Under the pieces are notes generated by a model. It was given only the letters and a program-made list of their open reading frames with translations. It ran no database searches and had not been told where the DNA came from. A stretch of 60,100 nucleotides of DNA from Tubiluchus corallicola (taxonomy: Eukaryota > Animalia > Priapulida), in NCBI GenBank assembly GCA_030141605.1, contig JAQGDQ010001134.1:1-60100 (forward strand), in the 5' to 3' direction. Every line of letters starts with the position of its first letter. Position 1 is the first letter of the stretch. Below are positions 37,801 to 49,000 of this stretch, piece by piece. Position numbers and translations under genes: made by a program.

Positions 37801-40800
37801 CTTATGGACGGTTTTGATTTGCAAGCACACAAATATGGATTCAGTTATGGCGGTTTTCACATTAAAAAGTGCTAACTAATAAACACATTGTGTAAATTCA
37901 CATCTAAAATTAGGTAACTCAGCGAACAAAATGAGTAGTAGTATCAGTTTGTTTGTGTGCCACCTTTCTGATGCAGGAATGTGACACAGAGATGAACTGA
38001 ACTGATGTGCTTTAATTTTTCTCTGCACACGGGGCTATGTTTAAAGTTTGTTTTCAGGCATGTTCCTATGCCACGCCTGCAGGAGGTCTGGTTCCTGGTT
38101 GACATTTCAGGATTATGTCGGTCTCGTGAAGGCAGCCAGTCAAGCCCAAGCAAAACCACCGAAAACAGGCGACAGTGAAGAAATTTTACTACCTAGGTAA
38201 GTTTTGCTTTTTAAAATTTTGAAATTTGCCATTTTTGTCTTGTTATGGAGTTATTGATTTCTCTGTTTTTTTCTGAAGTATTTCCTGCTTCTTGTTTTGT
38301 ACAAACTGTCGCCACTAGAACATTGACTTAGTAATTGCTTGTATCAAGCGGTACCTCATGATTCACCAGACATTCCTGATTCAGTGAAGTGTTTTGCTGT
38401 TAAAAAAAGGTAATGAAAGAGCTGATACACAGAGGCAGTAACTTTCGTGCAGTCACTCTGTAAACACTCCGTCTTTCATGCACTCTGTCTCTGGGGAAGC
38501 AGACTTTAAACTGCTTCAAAGTTTGGCTAATTGCAAAAAGATTATCTCTTATCCCTTCATATCTCTTATTGTTTTGGATATAAGCACGTGGTGCCTCCTT
38601 GTGTTTGTTTTTGCAAATTTAGGCTGTTGATAGACAGGTGAGCTAGGACAGGAAATAGGCCATTGGCCTCATTTTGCAGACAGGATAGGAAAGAAGTCAT
38701 TCTTGTTCAGTATAACGTGTCGTTTTATAACAAAATTTTGTCAGTCGAGTTCTCTTTAGCAAGTTAGTAAGATGCGGCAAAGATACAAAACGAAGTCGAG
38801 TCGCTCATAATATGTCAGTCAGTCAGTCAAATATGTCATGATGCGATACTGATTTTGGGATGAGACGATGATTGCCCATTTTGGACAATATAAAATCATA
38901 AATTACATCTAAAAGACTGTTGGACTTGTATTTAGTGCATGTCGCGCACAATTATCAAAGTGTCAGGGTTGGAACAGTCAAAACAGAAAAGCGATTTATC
39001 TTAAAATAAGCAGACTTGAGCTCTAAACCTGCAGTTCAGTGAATTTCCAAAATTATGCACTACAAAATGGAGAAACCTTATAAAAGATCACAGTAACATT
39101 AACTCTCACACTCATTGAACAGCTTCTATTTAAAGGAAAAATAGATTATTGTTTAGACTCCATCTCATTTTAATTTACTGTCCAAAATATGCAGTTCCTT
39201 GCCTATAAAAGTTTAGCAATTGTTTCTTATATTTAAATTCTTAGCTTAGAAAGTTAGTTAACGGTAACTGAACACAGCTATTGCTTACGTCAGAAACTAA
39301 CCACAGTTTGTGCAATGGCAGGCATCTTCCCTTGCGCGTCAAGCATGTTAGCATAAGTGTTACTGCTTAAACGCGTGATTTCATGAAAATGGGCTCTACA
39401 TCATATGACGTCAGAAACTAACACTGCTGTTCATGATCATGGTTATCATGGTACCGCCTTCTATTTGTCGGCCATGCGTACGCGACTGTCAATCTTAGTA
39501 GCTTCACTGAGCCACGTGATTAACAAAATTTGGGTATCCGAGGTAATTATTATTTAATTGAAGCTTTGATTCAGAAAAAGCTGTTGTAGTTTTCAATATC
39601 TTAGAGCATTCTTTATTCTGAACTAATGTTTACACAATCGTCCGGTTTTCCTTTAATGTGACAAAACCGTTCAAAATTCATGCTTCATTTCTTGCATATT
39701 TTTCTAAAAAATTTTCTCATCTATTGTGTTTTTCATTCCCTTTTTTATGTAGAAAAGTCGTTCTACCAAAAGTCACAATGTCTGCAGAAGAACAAGAGGC
39801 GTTGGAATACGCAAAACAAGTTTGGAAAGAGGGTGTACCAGTCGAAGCCTGCGACACTCAAACATTGCAAAAAATTTGTGAGGATTTGAAGATAAAGGTC
39901 TGCTTTCTTATCTCAAGCGATAGTTAAATGATGCTTTAATGGGGACTTCGGCGACTATCTGAAAATTTCCAAGTCCTAATGTTCGCCAAATGATTTGCTA
40001 GTGTTCGCTGTTGTCGCAAAAATTTTTTTAACACGTTTAAAGTTTGTCTCCAGAGTTGCAAAACTGACCACTTTGCCAAAACATCGTATTGTCGCAAATT
40101 ATATGCGATTTTCGTCAGCAAATTCAGAATCGAGGAAAATTTATCGACGTTTTTGCCGTATTTTGACGAAGCTCGGTTGTCTCGAACTTTTTCTGCAAAA
40201 ATTCCTTGAAATTATCGTGAAGATATCGCAAAGTACTTCCTGGAATGTCATGCGACATTTGCCTTGTCGCAGAAGTCGCCAAATATACTCAAACATGTCG
40301 TGTGACATAACTGGATTTTTGCGCGAGAAAAAACCCATAATTTGCAAAAATGTGGTGAAAATTGCACGAAAGATTTTACCAAGGATTTGTGACAGCGCAT
40401 ATTTTGGTGACTGTTGGAAATTTTTGAACATTGCAAAAAAGTTGTGACCTTGTGAAACATCGGGTTTAGTAAACAAACCCAAGTTTTCTAACGGGTAATC
40501 AGATGTTCCACTCGTTTCTCGGTTTGCCGGACATAAGCGTGAAGACGTCTGTCTGAATTTGCCGATTGTTCGTATTTTTGGATCCTAAGCTAATACAGTA
40601 GGCGCCGTGTATTAGACTCACTGTAATGTAGAATCAATTGTCTCAAACAGTATGGGCCGCTCCTGTTCAAAAGTATAAAAACTGTGGACAGTTGACTCAA
40701 ATAACCCCGCATAATTGACTCTAAACACACGCTGATTAAACTACGTAAACACGCTGATATACAAGCTACACAGTTGTCGTTACTTGCGTTTGATGTAAAC

Positions 40801-43800
40801 AAAGTGACGGCCTGCCATCTAGCAGTCAGCTCGAGAAATAAAGGACTGTGTCCGAAGTATGAGGGAGTTTCTAATAGCAAACCGAGAAATGAGTGCACTG
40901 CATCAATTTCGCAAAGGCCTTTGTTCATTTAGTGTTCTGAGGGTGATATGGAACTTGTTCTAAAAATTTAAAGCACAAGTACACTCATTTTTGTTGTGTT
41001 AAATTCCATTTAAGTCTCCTACTAACTCTCTTGCAGGTGTTGAGTTTAGACATTTTGAAGAAATTTCACGTTCGTGTAAGGAACGGTCGTTTATTGGTGC
41101 CGTGGTACAACTTGGATCGGAGCTTGCTTGGTCTCAAAATGTTAGCCAATGCGGACTTTGAAGATACTTGCTTACCATGGTTATTATGAATTTCTACTAT
41201 TACATTTATAGAACCTATTTGTGATTAATCTGTATGTTATGGAGATCGCTGGCATCTATTATAATTAAATAGAACATTGTAGAATGTTCCATTAGAATAA
41301 TCGTCTTACCTTGTAGAATCTTCTAGAAGGAAACGTCTAGAATGTTCCCTGTCACCCTATATAAGGCAAAGCGGACCGCTGAGACACAGACACACAGATT
41401 CACACGGACGTCACTTACATATTCTCTTGTATACCCGTATTTTCCGATACACTCAAACGTTTTCCAGATTTTCACGTTTAGTGTAATCATTTCGTGTTCC
41501 TTCATACTTTTGTGTCGTAGAATTCTCGCTTAATAAACTAGTTTAATTTGACGAAGTGTTTTCTGGTTTTCTCTACGAGCCTTCCGAGAGAAACAAAACA
41601 CAACAACAACCAGAATTCTGACATAATAAACTAGTTTAATCTGATGAAGTGTTTTCTGGTTTTCTCTACGAGCCTTCCGAGAGAAACAAAACACAACAGC
41701 AACCAGAATTCTCACTTAATAAACTAGTTTAATTTGACGAAGTGTTTTCTGGTTTTCTCTACGAGCCTCTAGAGAGAAACAAAACACAACAGCAACCAGA
41801 ATTCTCGCTTAATAAACTAGTTTAATTTGACGAAGTGTTTTCTGGTTTTCTCTACGAGCCTTCCGAGAGAAACAAAACACAACAGCAACCAGAATTCTCG
41901 CTTAATAAACTAGTTTAATTTGACGAAGTGTTTTCTGGTTTTCTCTACGAGCCTCTAGAGAGAAACAAAACACAACAGCAACCAGAATTCTCGCTTAATA
42001 AACTAGTTTAATTTGACGAAGTGTTTTCTGGTTTTCTCTACGAGCCTCTAGAGAGAAACAAAACACAACAGCAACCAGAATTCTCGCTTAATAAACTGGT
42101 TTAATTTGACGAAGTGTTTTCTGGTTTTCTCTACGAGCCTCTAGAGAGAAACAAAACACAACAGCAACCAGAATTCTCGCTTAATAAACTGGTTTAATTT
42201 GACGAAGTGTTTTCTGGTTTTCTCTACGAGCCTTCCGAGAGAAACAAAACACAACACTGTATCAAAATCATTGACTAAAATTTTAGTCAAATATAGCCAA
42301 ATTGCCTAGTTGTTGTCCACCTAAACTGTATGCTGACCAGTGCTGACCAGTGCTGCTTAGTACACTGTATCTTGTAATATGTCATGTGACTGTAAAAATG
42401 TCTTTAGATTTTTTGCAAGGGACTACAAACATAAGCATTAGAACGTTCTTTACACAGTCCCTGCCAATTTAAAATTTAGAAACATGTTCTTTCATCACAA
42501 TTGCAAAATTTTTTTTAGCATTCTCAAGCCAGGCTTTGCTGCATTTATAAAAATATGTCGTCTGCTGCTTAAAGTATTTGTAACATCTTCGAATATATAC
42601 TGTAATTTAATTTTTTGTTAAATGCAGATTAAGATTATCAATGCAGGGATGAGAATTTTCCGCGGATACGTGGAACTCGGAGTTTTTGGAAGACCAGTAG
42701 TGCCATTTTTGTAAATCGCGTAAATTCGTTGAGAAAATTTTTACGGACCCAGTACATTATTTCACAAACTGACCGCTAGTTGGCAGGCCGTCACTTTGTT
42801 TACATCACGTACATCAGTGTAACCATGTGTATATCTCTATGTATGAAAACATAGAATCAATTGTGCGGAGTTATTTGAGTCAATTGCAGACAGTTTTTAT
42901 ATACTTTTGCATAGGAGCGGCCAGTATTTAGGCGTTTTTGAGACAATTAGGTATCATGTATCCTTGATAGTTGTGTATTTTGAATTACGCATGAAACAAG
43001 GTAACTGATATTTTAAGTCCACTTAAAGGCACTCTATGGTCACAAAATTGCAATTTGTTGCTGGCTCCCCTTGAACTCCATTGGGGGCCTAGGTGGCCCC
43101 AAAACCCCCAGCCTGTTTCAGAGTTTTTTACAATTTGTCATTCTCATCCCTGGATTATAAATGCTGTCGTTTTCACAGCTAGCCGGACAGAGCTGAACCA
43201 CCTGCACATTAATCTGTACATAATTGCTGTACAGTACGTCATTTAGTACGTCTTCGCTTAATGATTCCTTTCTCAATTTCAGAATAGCCCAATTCTTTTA
43301 CATTGCTTTCTATGGAAGTCTTGGGTTCGTTTAATGTTTTGGTTAACGTAACATTTTGCTGGAATGCATTAGTATAATTAAGTGAGGACCTACTGTACTT
43401 ACGGGACAAGAAAACGGGTAGCTGAAGTAGGTTACAAAAGAATCGACTAAAAAAATTATATTACTTTATAGCAATTTTATGCACATGTGGCACTGAAAGG
43501 ATTTTTAGTTTGTTCTCATTTTAAATCTCACTCGATACTGTTCTGAAGTCGCTATTACATGATGTTATGTACCAAACGTAAATCAAGGGAAGAAAAGGAA
43601 ATGTTAAATTATGTCTCAAAAGACTTTCCGTGGAAATTTATATTACTTAGATTTTCGCTTACCTACTAGAAAGACTTATGTAACTAGAAAAGAAAATTAT
43701 TAATTATTTAAAATGTTTTCACCATTTGGTAAAATGTCTCTGAGTCAGCCTCCAGGGTGCACCACTCACTACCCAAAAAACGTATTTTAATCTTATCGAC

Positions 43801-44999
43801 ACGATACAGTAATTTTAAATTTTATTTAGTTAGTGACTTGTGCGCTACGAGTGCTCTGATTATTTTTTCAAACTTTACAAAATGTTATCTAAACTTGTTT
43901 CAAATGACCTGTCATGAAAATGGCTGCCTCTAACGGTCATCGCGGGAGTTTAAATTTACATGTTTTATACAGTGTGACTGCCGATTGAAGTCCTGCATGC
44001 AAAAAGGCAGTATGTAAGTGATAGAAAACTTCAAAATGAATTTTTTAAGCTTTATATTCAAGAGGGTTGTCTTGTGCTTTAATGAAAAAGTGTAAGGAGC
44101 ACAGTATATCCTTAGACTGCTGTGCTTCAAGTTTTTCTCTCAAAAAATTCCAAACAACCCGGAAAAGTTAAAATCCGTTGAACAAAAAGCTCCGACAAAG
44201 CTTATATTCACTAGAACAGGGGTGTTCTGACAAAGCTTATATTCACTAGAACAGGGGTGTTCCGACAAAGCTTATATTCACTAGAACAGGGGTGTGCAAA
44301 TTGCGCGCCCCCCCCCCCCCCGAGAGAATTTGTGCGGCCCGCGAATAGATTTGTCAACCTAATGAAAGTGCGGCCCGGGCGATTAATTGAGTGTATCCAG
44401 CTGAAGTCCGTGCCATGATCCCAAAGATAGTGCAGGTAGTTTTTTCTACTAGATCGGATTCCATTAACCCTTGCAAGACGGTTGTAGCTTAATGTCACTG
44501 TACTACACAGACTTTGTGATACACATTACTAATATGCATTGTAATGAAATTACCGCTATCTGTCCTGAAAGTAGAAATATATGGTTTGTAATATAAATTT
44601 TAATAACTTGTAAAATAGTTTCTCGAGTGTAGTAGTAACGATGTACGCAGGTCGGATGCAAAAAAAATCGTTATTAGGCCTTTCTGTACTTGGCTCCTTG
44701 ATCAAACTGCCTGTGGCCCTTAGGAATTGTGGGAAAGTTTAATGTGGCTCGGCTAGTCAGATAATTTGCACACCCCTGCACTAGATGATTAACACTCCTC
44801 GTGTGCCAATCACTTGCTTACATAATCAATGTGTTCTAGGATGGATAAGCACGGCGGTTTATTCGGCTGGCACACCATTACGCGCTCGCAAGAAGAAGTG
44901 GTGCTGACAGCATCCGAGTCGGACGCCATGGCAGTGAGTCAGGAGGCTCGCGTTCCAGCTCTCTCGCTCCCCCGCGGGACTTCTAATCTTCCTCAAGAG
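34880..44999 (+). CDS. TWNK: Twinkle mitochondrial DNA helicase, N-terminal part only; coding exons 34880-35288, 38058-38196, 39753-39897, 41037-41179, 44840-44999
   Basis: GT-AG introns with matching phases (1,2,0,2,0). Spliced product has a basic presequence-like N-terminus, GHTCLRLTCP..C...FINMTTGMFLCHAC..GSW..FQ (zinc-binding domain), LKKFHVR...LLVPW...GLKM, LFGW...EVVLT..E.DAMA..Q...ALSLPRGTSNLP (primase-like domain), as in metazoan Twinkle. Linker and helicase exons not found in the window. Confidence 0.92.
35720..36090 (+). mobile_element. Solo LTR (371 bp), 5-bp TSD GTTTT
   Basis: TGTTGTG...CACAACA termini, TATATAAG at about 35843, AATAAA at about 36017; GTTTT on both flanks. Confidence 0.85.
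36341..36682. mobile_element. Tc1/pogo-type MITE, same family as 16194..16516
   Basis: Near-identical internal sequence and TA flanks. Confidence 0.88.
39134..39652. mobile_element. Kolobok-like MITE, same family as 11324..11869 (opposite orientation)
   Basis: TTAA flanks, AGGAAAA...TTTTCCT termini, homologous interior. Confidence 0.8.
41235..42256 (+). mobile_element. Solo LTR with 8 tandem copies of its 3'-terminal 93 bp; 5-bp TSD CTGTA
   Basis: Same family as 35720..36090; CTGTA at 41230-41234 and 42257-42261; units start at about 41519, 41612, 41705, 41798, 41891, 41984, 42077, 42170. Confidence 0.9.
42644..43152. mobile_element. MITE with CAGGGATGAGAAT TIRs
   Basis: CAGGGATGAGAAT ... 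ATTCTCATCCCTG; flanks GATTATCAATG / GATTATAAATG (11 bp, 1 mismatch). Confidence 0.75.
44287..44778. mobile_element. hAT-type MITE, 8-bp TSD CACTAGAA/CACTAGAT
   Basis: TIR CAGGGGTGTGCAAATT ... AATTTGCACACCCCTG; its left junction is triplicated as a 35-bp tandem repeat (44191-44295). Confidence 0.85.
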
Positions 45000-46032
45000 G
45001 TGAGTTTGCAACTGTTTCGTAATTGTATGAACTTTAACAATGAGGTCAGTTAGATGTCATGAAAAATTTGTGATACTGGTCAATTTTTGATAAGTTACCA
45101 CAATTTTTTTCAAGATTTTTACTATTTCAGAGCAATTTTTCATGAGTACAACTACGTCAAAATTAACGACAGACATAATTTCCCATCACAATTAATAAAT
45201 ACTTCTGTGAAAGTTGGAATTGTACATTGTAGTTAGGTGCTGCCATCTATGTGCTAATCTTGTTACATTCTACCAGCTGACTTACCTTCAGTATAATTGT
45301 ATGGTCCAGTGACTACATACACACTGGTCCTCTCCCTATCTAAAATTAATGGCTGTTGTGAAGCCTGTGCAACTCTGCATAGGTCAAGTTCTATACCTGT
45401 ATACCTGGCTGTGAAACAGGTTTTACTGACTGTTTTTTGCTTTCTAGTTTTTGCTCAATGTTCAGTGCAGCAGTTTCGCTACTCATGTTTTCTCTATAAA
45501 CACTAAATAAACACTTTTCTGTTGTGTGAAGTGCAAATATTTATTATAGATTTTTGGTTCCTATTCATACTTCTCTGTGTCTAAACTCAATCATAACAAA
45601 GCGACTGAACAACAACTTCAAAAATGACTTTTACAACTTCAGCTCTTAATTTTTTAATCTGCTAAATTGGTTATCAATAATTACTTGTTTCAGATTTCGT
45701 AAAAACAAAATTCCATTTGTTAATTCACAAGCAGGTTGACTGTTCCAGCTAGCCAGGAATTCATTTCAAACTGTTTACTGTTTTTGTAAACGAAGCGGCT
45801 GTGCACGTGATTTCAAAGAAATTTCACTTTAATGCTAATCGAAGTTCGTATATCAGCGACGAGTTCAAAAAGGAACTAAACAAACTGCAAAATATCAAAC
45901 TTGAAACTAGAACACAACTGCTAATTGATTCAAAATCATTCTTGTTGGTTTTGATTAAAGTACTTGTGTGTGTTTATTGTATGTGATTGTGTATATAAGA
46001 GTTATTGTTTATTGTATGTGATTGTGTATATA

Positions 46033-49000
46033 AGTAATGTGTATCACAAAGTCTGTGTAGTACAGTGACATTAAGCTACAACCGTCTTGCAAGGGTTAAT
46101 GGAATCCGATCTAGTAGAAAAAACTACCTGCACTATCTTTGGGATCATGGCACGGACTTCAGCTGGATACACTCAATTAATCGCCCGGGCCGCACTTTCA
46201 TTAGGTTGACAAATCTATTCGCGGGCCGCACAAATTCTCTCGGGGGGGGGGGGGGCGCGCAATTTGCACACCCCTGTTCTAGTGAATATAAGCTTTGTCG
46301 GAACACCCCTGTTCTAGTGAATATAAGCTTTGTCGGAACACCCCTGTTCTAGTGAATATAAGCTTTGTCGGAGCTTTTTGTTCAACGGATTTTAACTTTT
46401 CCGGGTTGTTTGGAATTTTTTGAGAGAAAAACTTGAAGCACAGCAGTCTAAGGATATACTGTGCTCCTTACACTTTTTCATTAAAGCACAAGACAACCCT
46501 CTTGAATATAAAGCTTAAAAAATTCATTTTGAAGTTTTCTATCACTTACATACTGCCTTTTTGCATGCAGGACTTCAATCGGCAGTCACACTGTATAAAA
46601 CATGTAAATTTAAACTCCCGCGATGACCGTTAGAGGCAGCCATTTTCATGACAGGTCATTTGAAACAAGTTTAGATAACATTTTGTAAAGTTTGAAAAAA
46701 TAATCAGAGCACTCGTAGCGCACAAGTCACTAACTAAATAAAATTTAAAATTACTGTATCGTGTCGATAAGATTAAAATACGTTTTTTGGGTAGTGAGTG
46801 GTGCACCCTGGAGGCTGACTCAGAGACATTTTACCAAATGGTGAAAACATTTTAAATAATTAATAATTTTCTTTTCTAGTTACATAAGTCTTTCTAGTAG
46901 GTAAGCGAAAATCTAAGTAATATAAATTTCCACGGAAAGTCTTTTGAGACATAATTTAACATTTCCTTTTCTTCCCTTGATTTACGTTTGGTACATAACA
47001 TCATGTAATAGCGACTTCAGAACAGTATCGAGTGAGATTTAAAATGAGAACAAACTAAAAATCCTTTCAGTGCCACATGTGCATAAAATTGCTATAAAGT
47101 AATATAATTTTTTTAGTCGATTCTTTTGTAACCTACTTCAGCTACCCGTTTTCTTGTCCCGTAAGTACAGTAGGTCCTCACTTAATTATACTAATGCATT
47201 CCAGCAAAATGTTACGTTAACCAAAACATTAAACGAACCCAAGACTTCCATAGAAAGCAATGTAAAAGAATTGGGCTATTCTGAAATTGAGAAAGGAATC
47301 ATTAAGCGAAGACGTACTAAATGACGTACTGTACAGCAATTATGTACAGATTAATGTGCAGGTGTTTCAGCTCTGTCCGGCTAGCTGTGAAAACGACAGC
47401 ATTTATAATCCAGGGATGAGAATGACAAATTGTAAAAAACTCTGAAACAGGCTGGGGGTTTTGGGGCCACCTAGGCCCCCAATGGAGTTCAAGGGGAGCC
47501 AGCAACAAATTGCAATTTTGTGACCATAGAGACCCTCTAAGTGGACTTAAAATATCAATTACCTTGTTTCATGCATAATTCAAAATACACAACTATCAAG
47601 GATACCTGATACCTAATGTCTCAAAAACGCCTAAGTACTGGCCGCTCCTATGCAAAAGTATATAAAAACTGTCTGCAATTGACTCAAATAACTCCGCACA
47701 ATTGATTCTATATTTTCATACATAGAGATATACACATGGTTACACTGATGTACGTGATGTAAACAAAGTGACGGCCTGCCAACTAGCGGTCAGCTTGTGA
47801 AATAATGTACTGGGTCCGTAAAAATTTTCGCAACGAATTTACGCGATTTACAAAAATGACACTACTGGTCTTCCAAAAACTCCGAGTTCCACGTATCCGC
47901 GGAAAATTCTCATCCCTGCATTGATAATCTTAATCTGCATTTAACAAAAAATTAAATTACAGTATATATTCGAAGATGTTACAAATACTTTAAGCAGCAG
48001 ACGACATATTTTTATAAATGCAGCAAAGCCTGGCTTGAGAATGCTAAAAAAAATTTTGCAATTGTGATGAAAGAACATGTTTCTAAATTTTAAATTGGCA
48101 GGGACTGTGTAAAGAACGTTCTAATGCTTATGTTTGTAGTCCCTTGCAAAAAATCTAAAGACATTTTTACAGTCACATGACATATTACAAGATACAGTGT
48201 ACTAAGCAGCACTGGTCAGCACTGGTCAGCATACAGTTTAGGTGGACAACAACTAGGCAATTTGGCTATATTTGACTAAAATTTTAGTCAATGATTTTGA
48301 TACAGTGTTGTGTTTTGTTTCTCTCGGAAGGCTCGTAGAGAAAACCAGAAAACACTTCGTCAAATTAAACCAGTTTATTAAGCGAGAATTCTGGTTGCTG
48401 TTGTGTTTTGTTTCTCTCTAGAGGCTCGTAGAGAAAACCAGAAAACACTTCGTCAAATTAAACCAGTTTATTAAGCGAGAATTCTGGTTGCTGTTGTGTT
48501 TTGTTTCTCTCTAGAGGCTCGTAGAGAAAACCAGAAAACACTTCGTCAAATTAAACTAGTTTATTAAGCGAGAATTCTGGTTGCTGTTGTGTTTTGTTTC
48601 TCTTGGAAGGCTCGTAGAGAAAACCAGAAAACACGTCGTCAAATTAAAGTAGTTTATTATGCGAGAATTCTGGTTGCTGTTGTGTTTTGTTTCTCTCGGA
48701 AGGCTCGTAGAGAAAACCAGAAAACACTTCATCAAATTAAACTAGTTTATTATGCGAGAATTCTGGTTGCTGTTCTGTTTTGTTTCTCTTGGAAGGCTCG
48801 TAGAGAAAACCAGAAAACACGTCGTCAAATTAAACTAGTTTATTATGCGAGAATTCTGGTTGCTGTTGTGTTTTGTTTCTCTTGGAAGGCTCGTAGAGAA
48901 AACCAGAAAACACTTCATCAAATTAAACTAGTTTATTATGTCAGAATTCTGGTTGCTGTTGTGTTTTGTTTCTCTTGGAAGGCTCGTAGAGAAAACCAGA

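Larger units (their letters stand above)
35697..44530 (+). repeat. Left arm of about 8.8-kb inverted repeat
   Basis: Reverse complement of 46033..54896; mirrored ORFs have coordinate sums 90562-90620. Confidence 0.97.

Noticed and set aside
39995-40482. ORFs of 110-165 aa here and at 49983-50567, 55016-55445, 59119-59628
   Set aside because: They lie in repeat-like TWNK intron 3 sequence; starts and frames differ between copies; recurrence reflects the duplication.
41519-42256. 93-bp array (mirror at about 48306-49045) as a CRISPR array or a repeat-protein gene (ORF 48589..49032)
   Set aside because: No unique spacers, eukaryotic context, no cas genes; the unit is the 3' end of an LTR and the ORF is a by-product of the 93-bp period.
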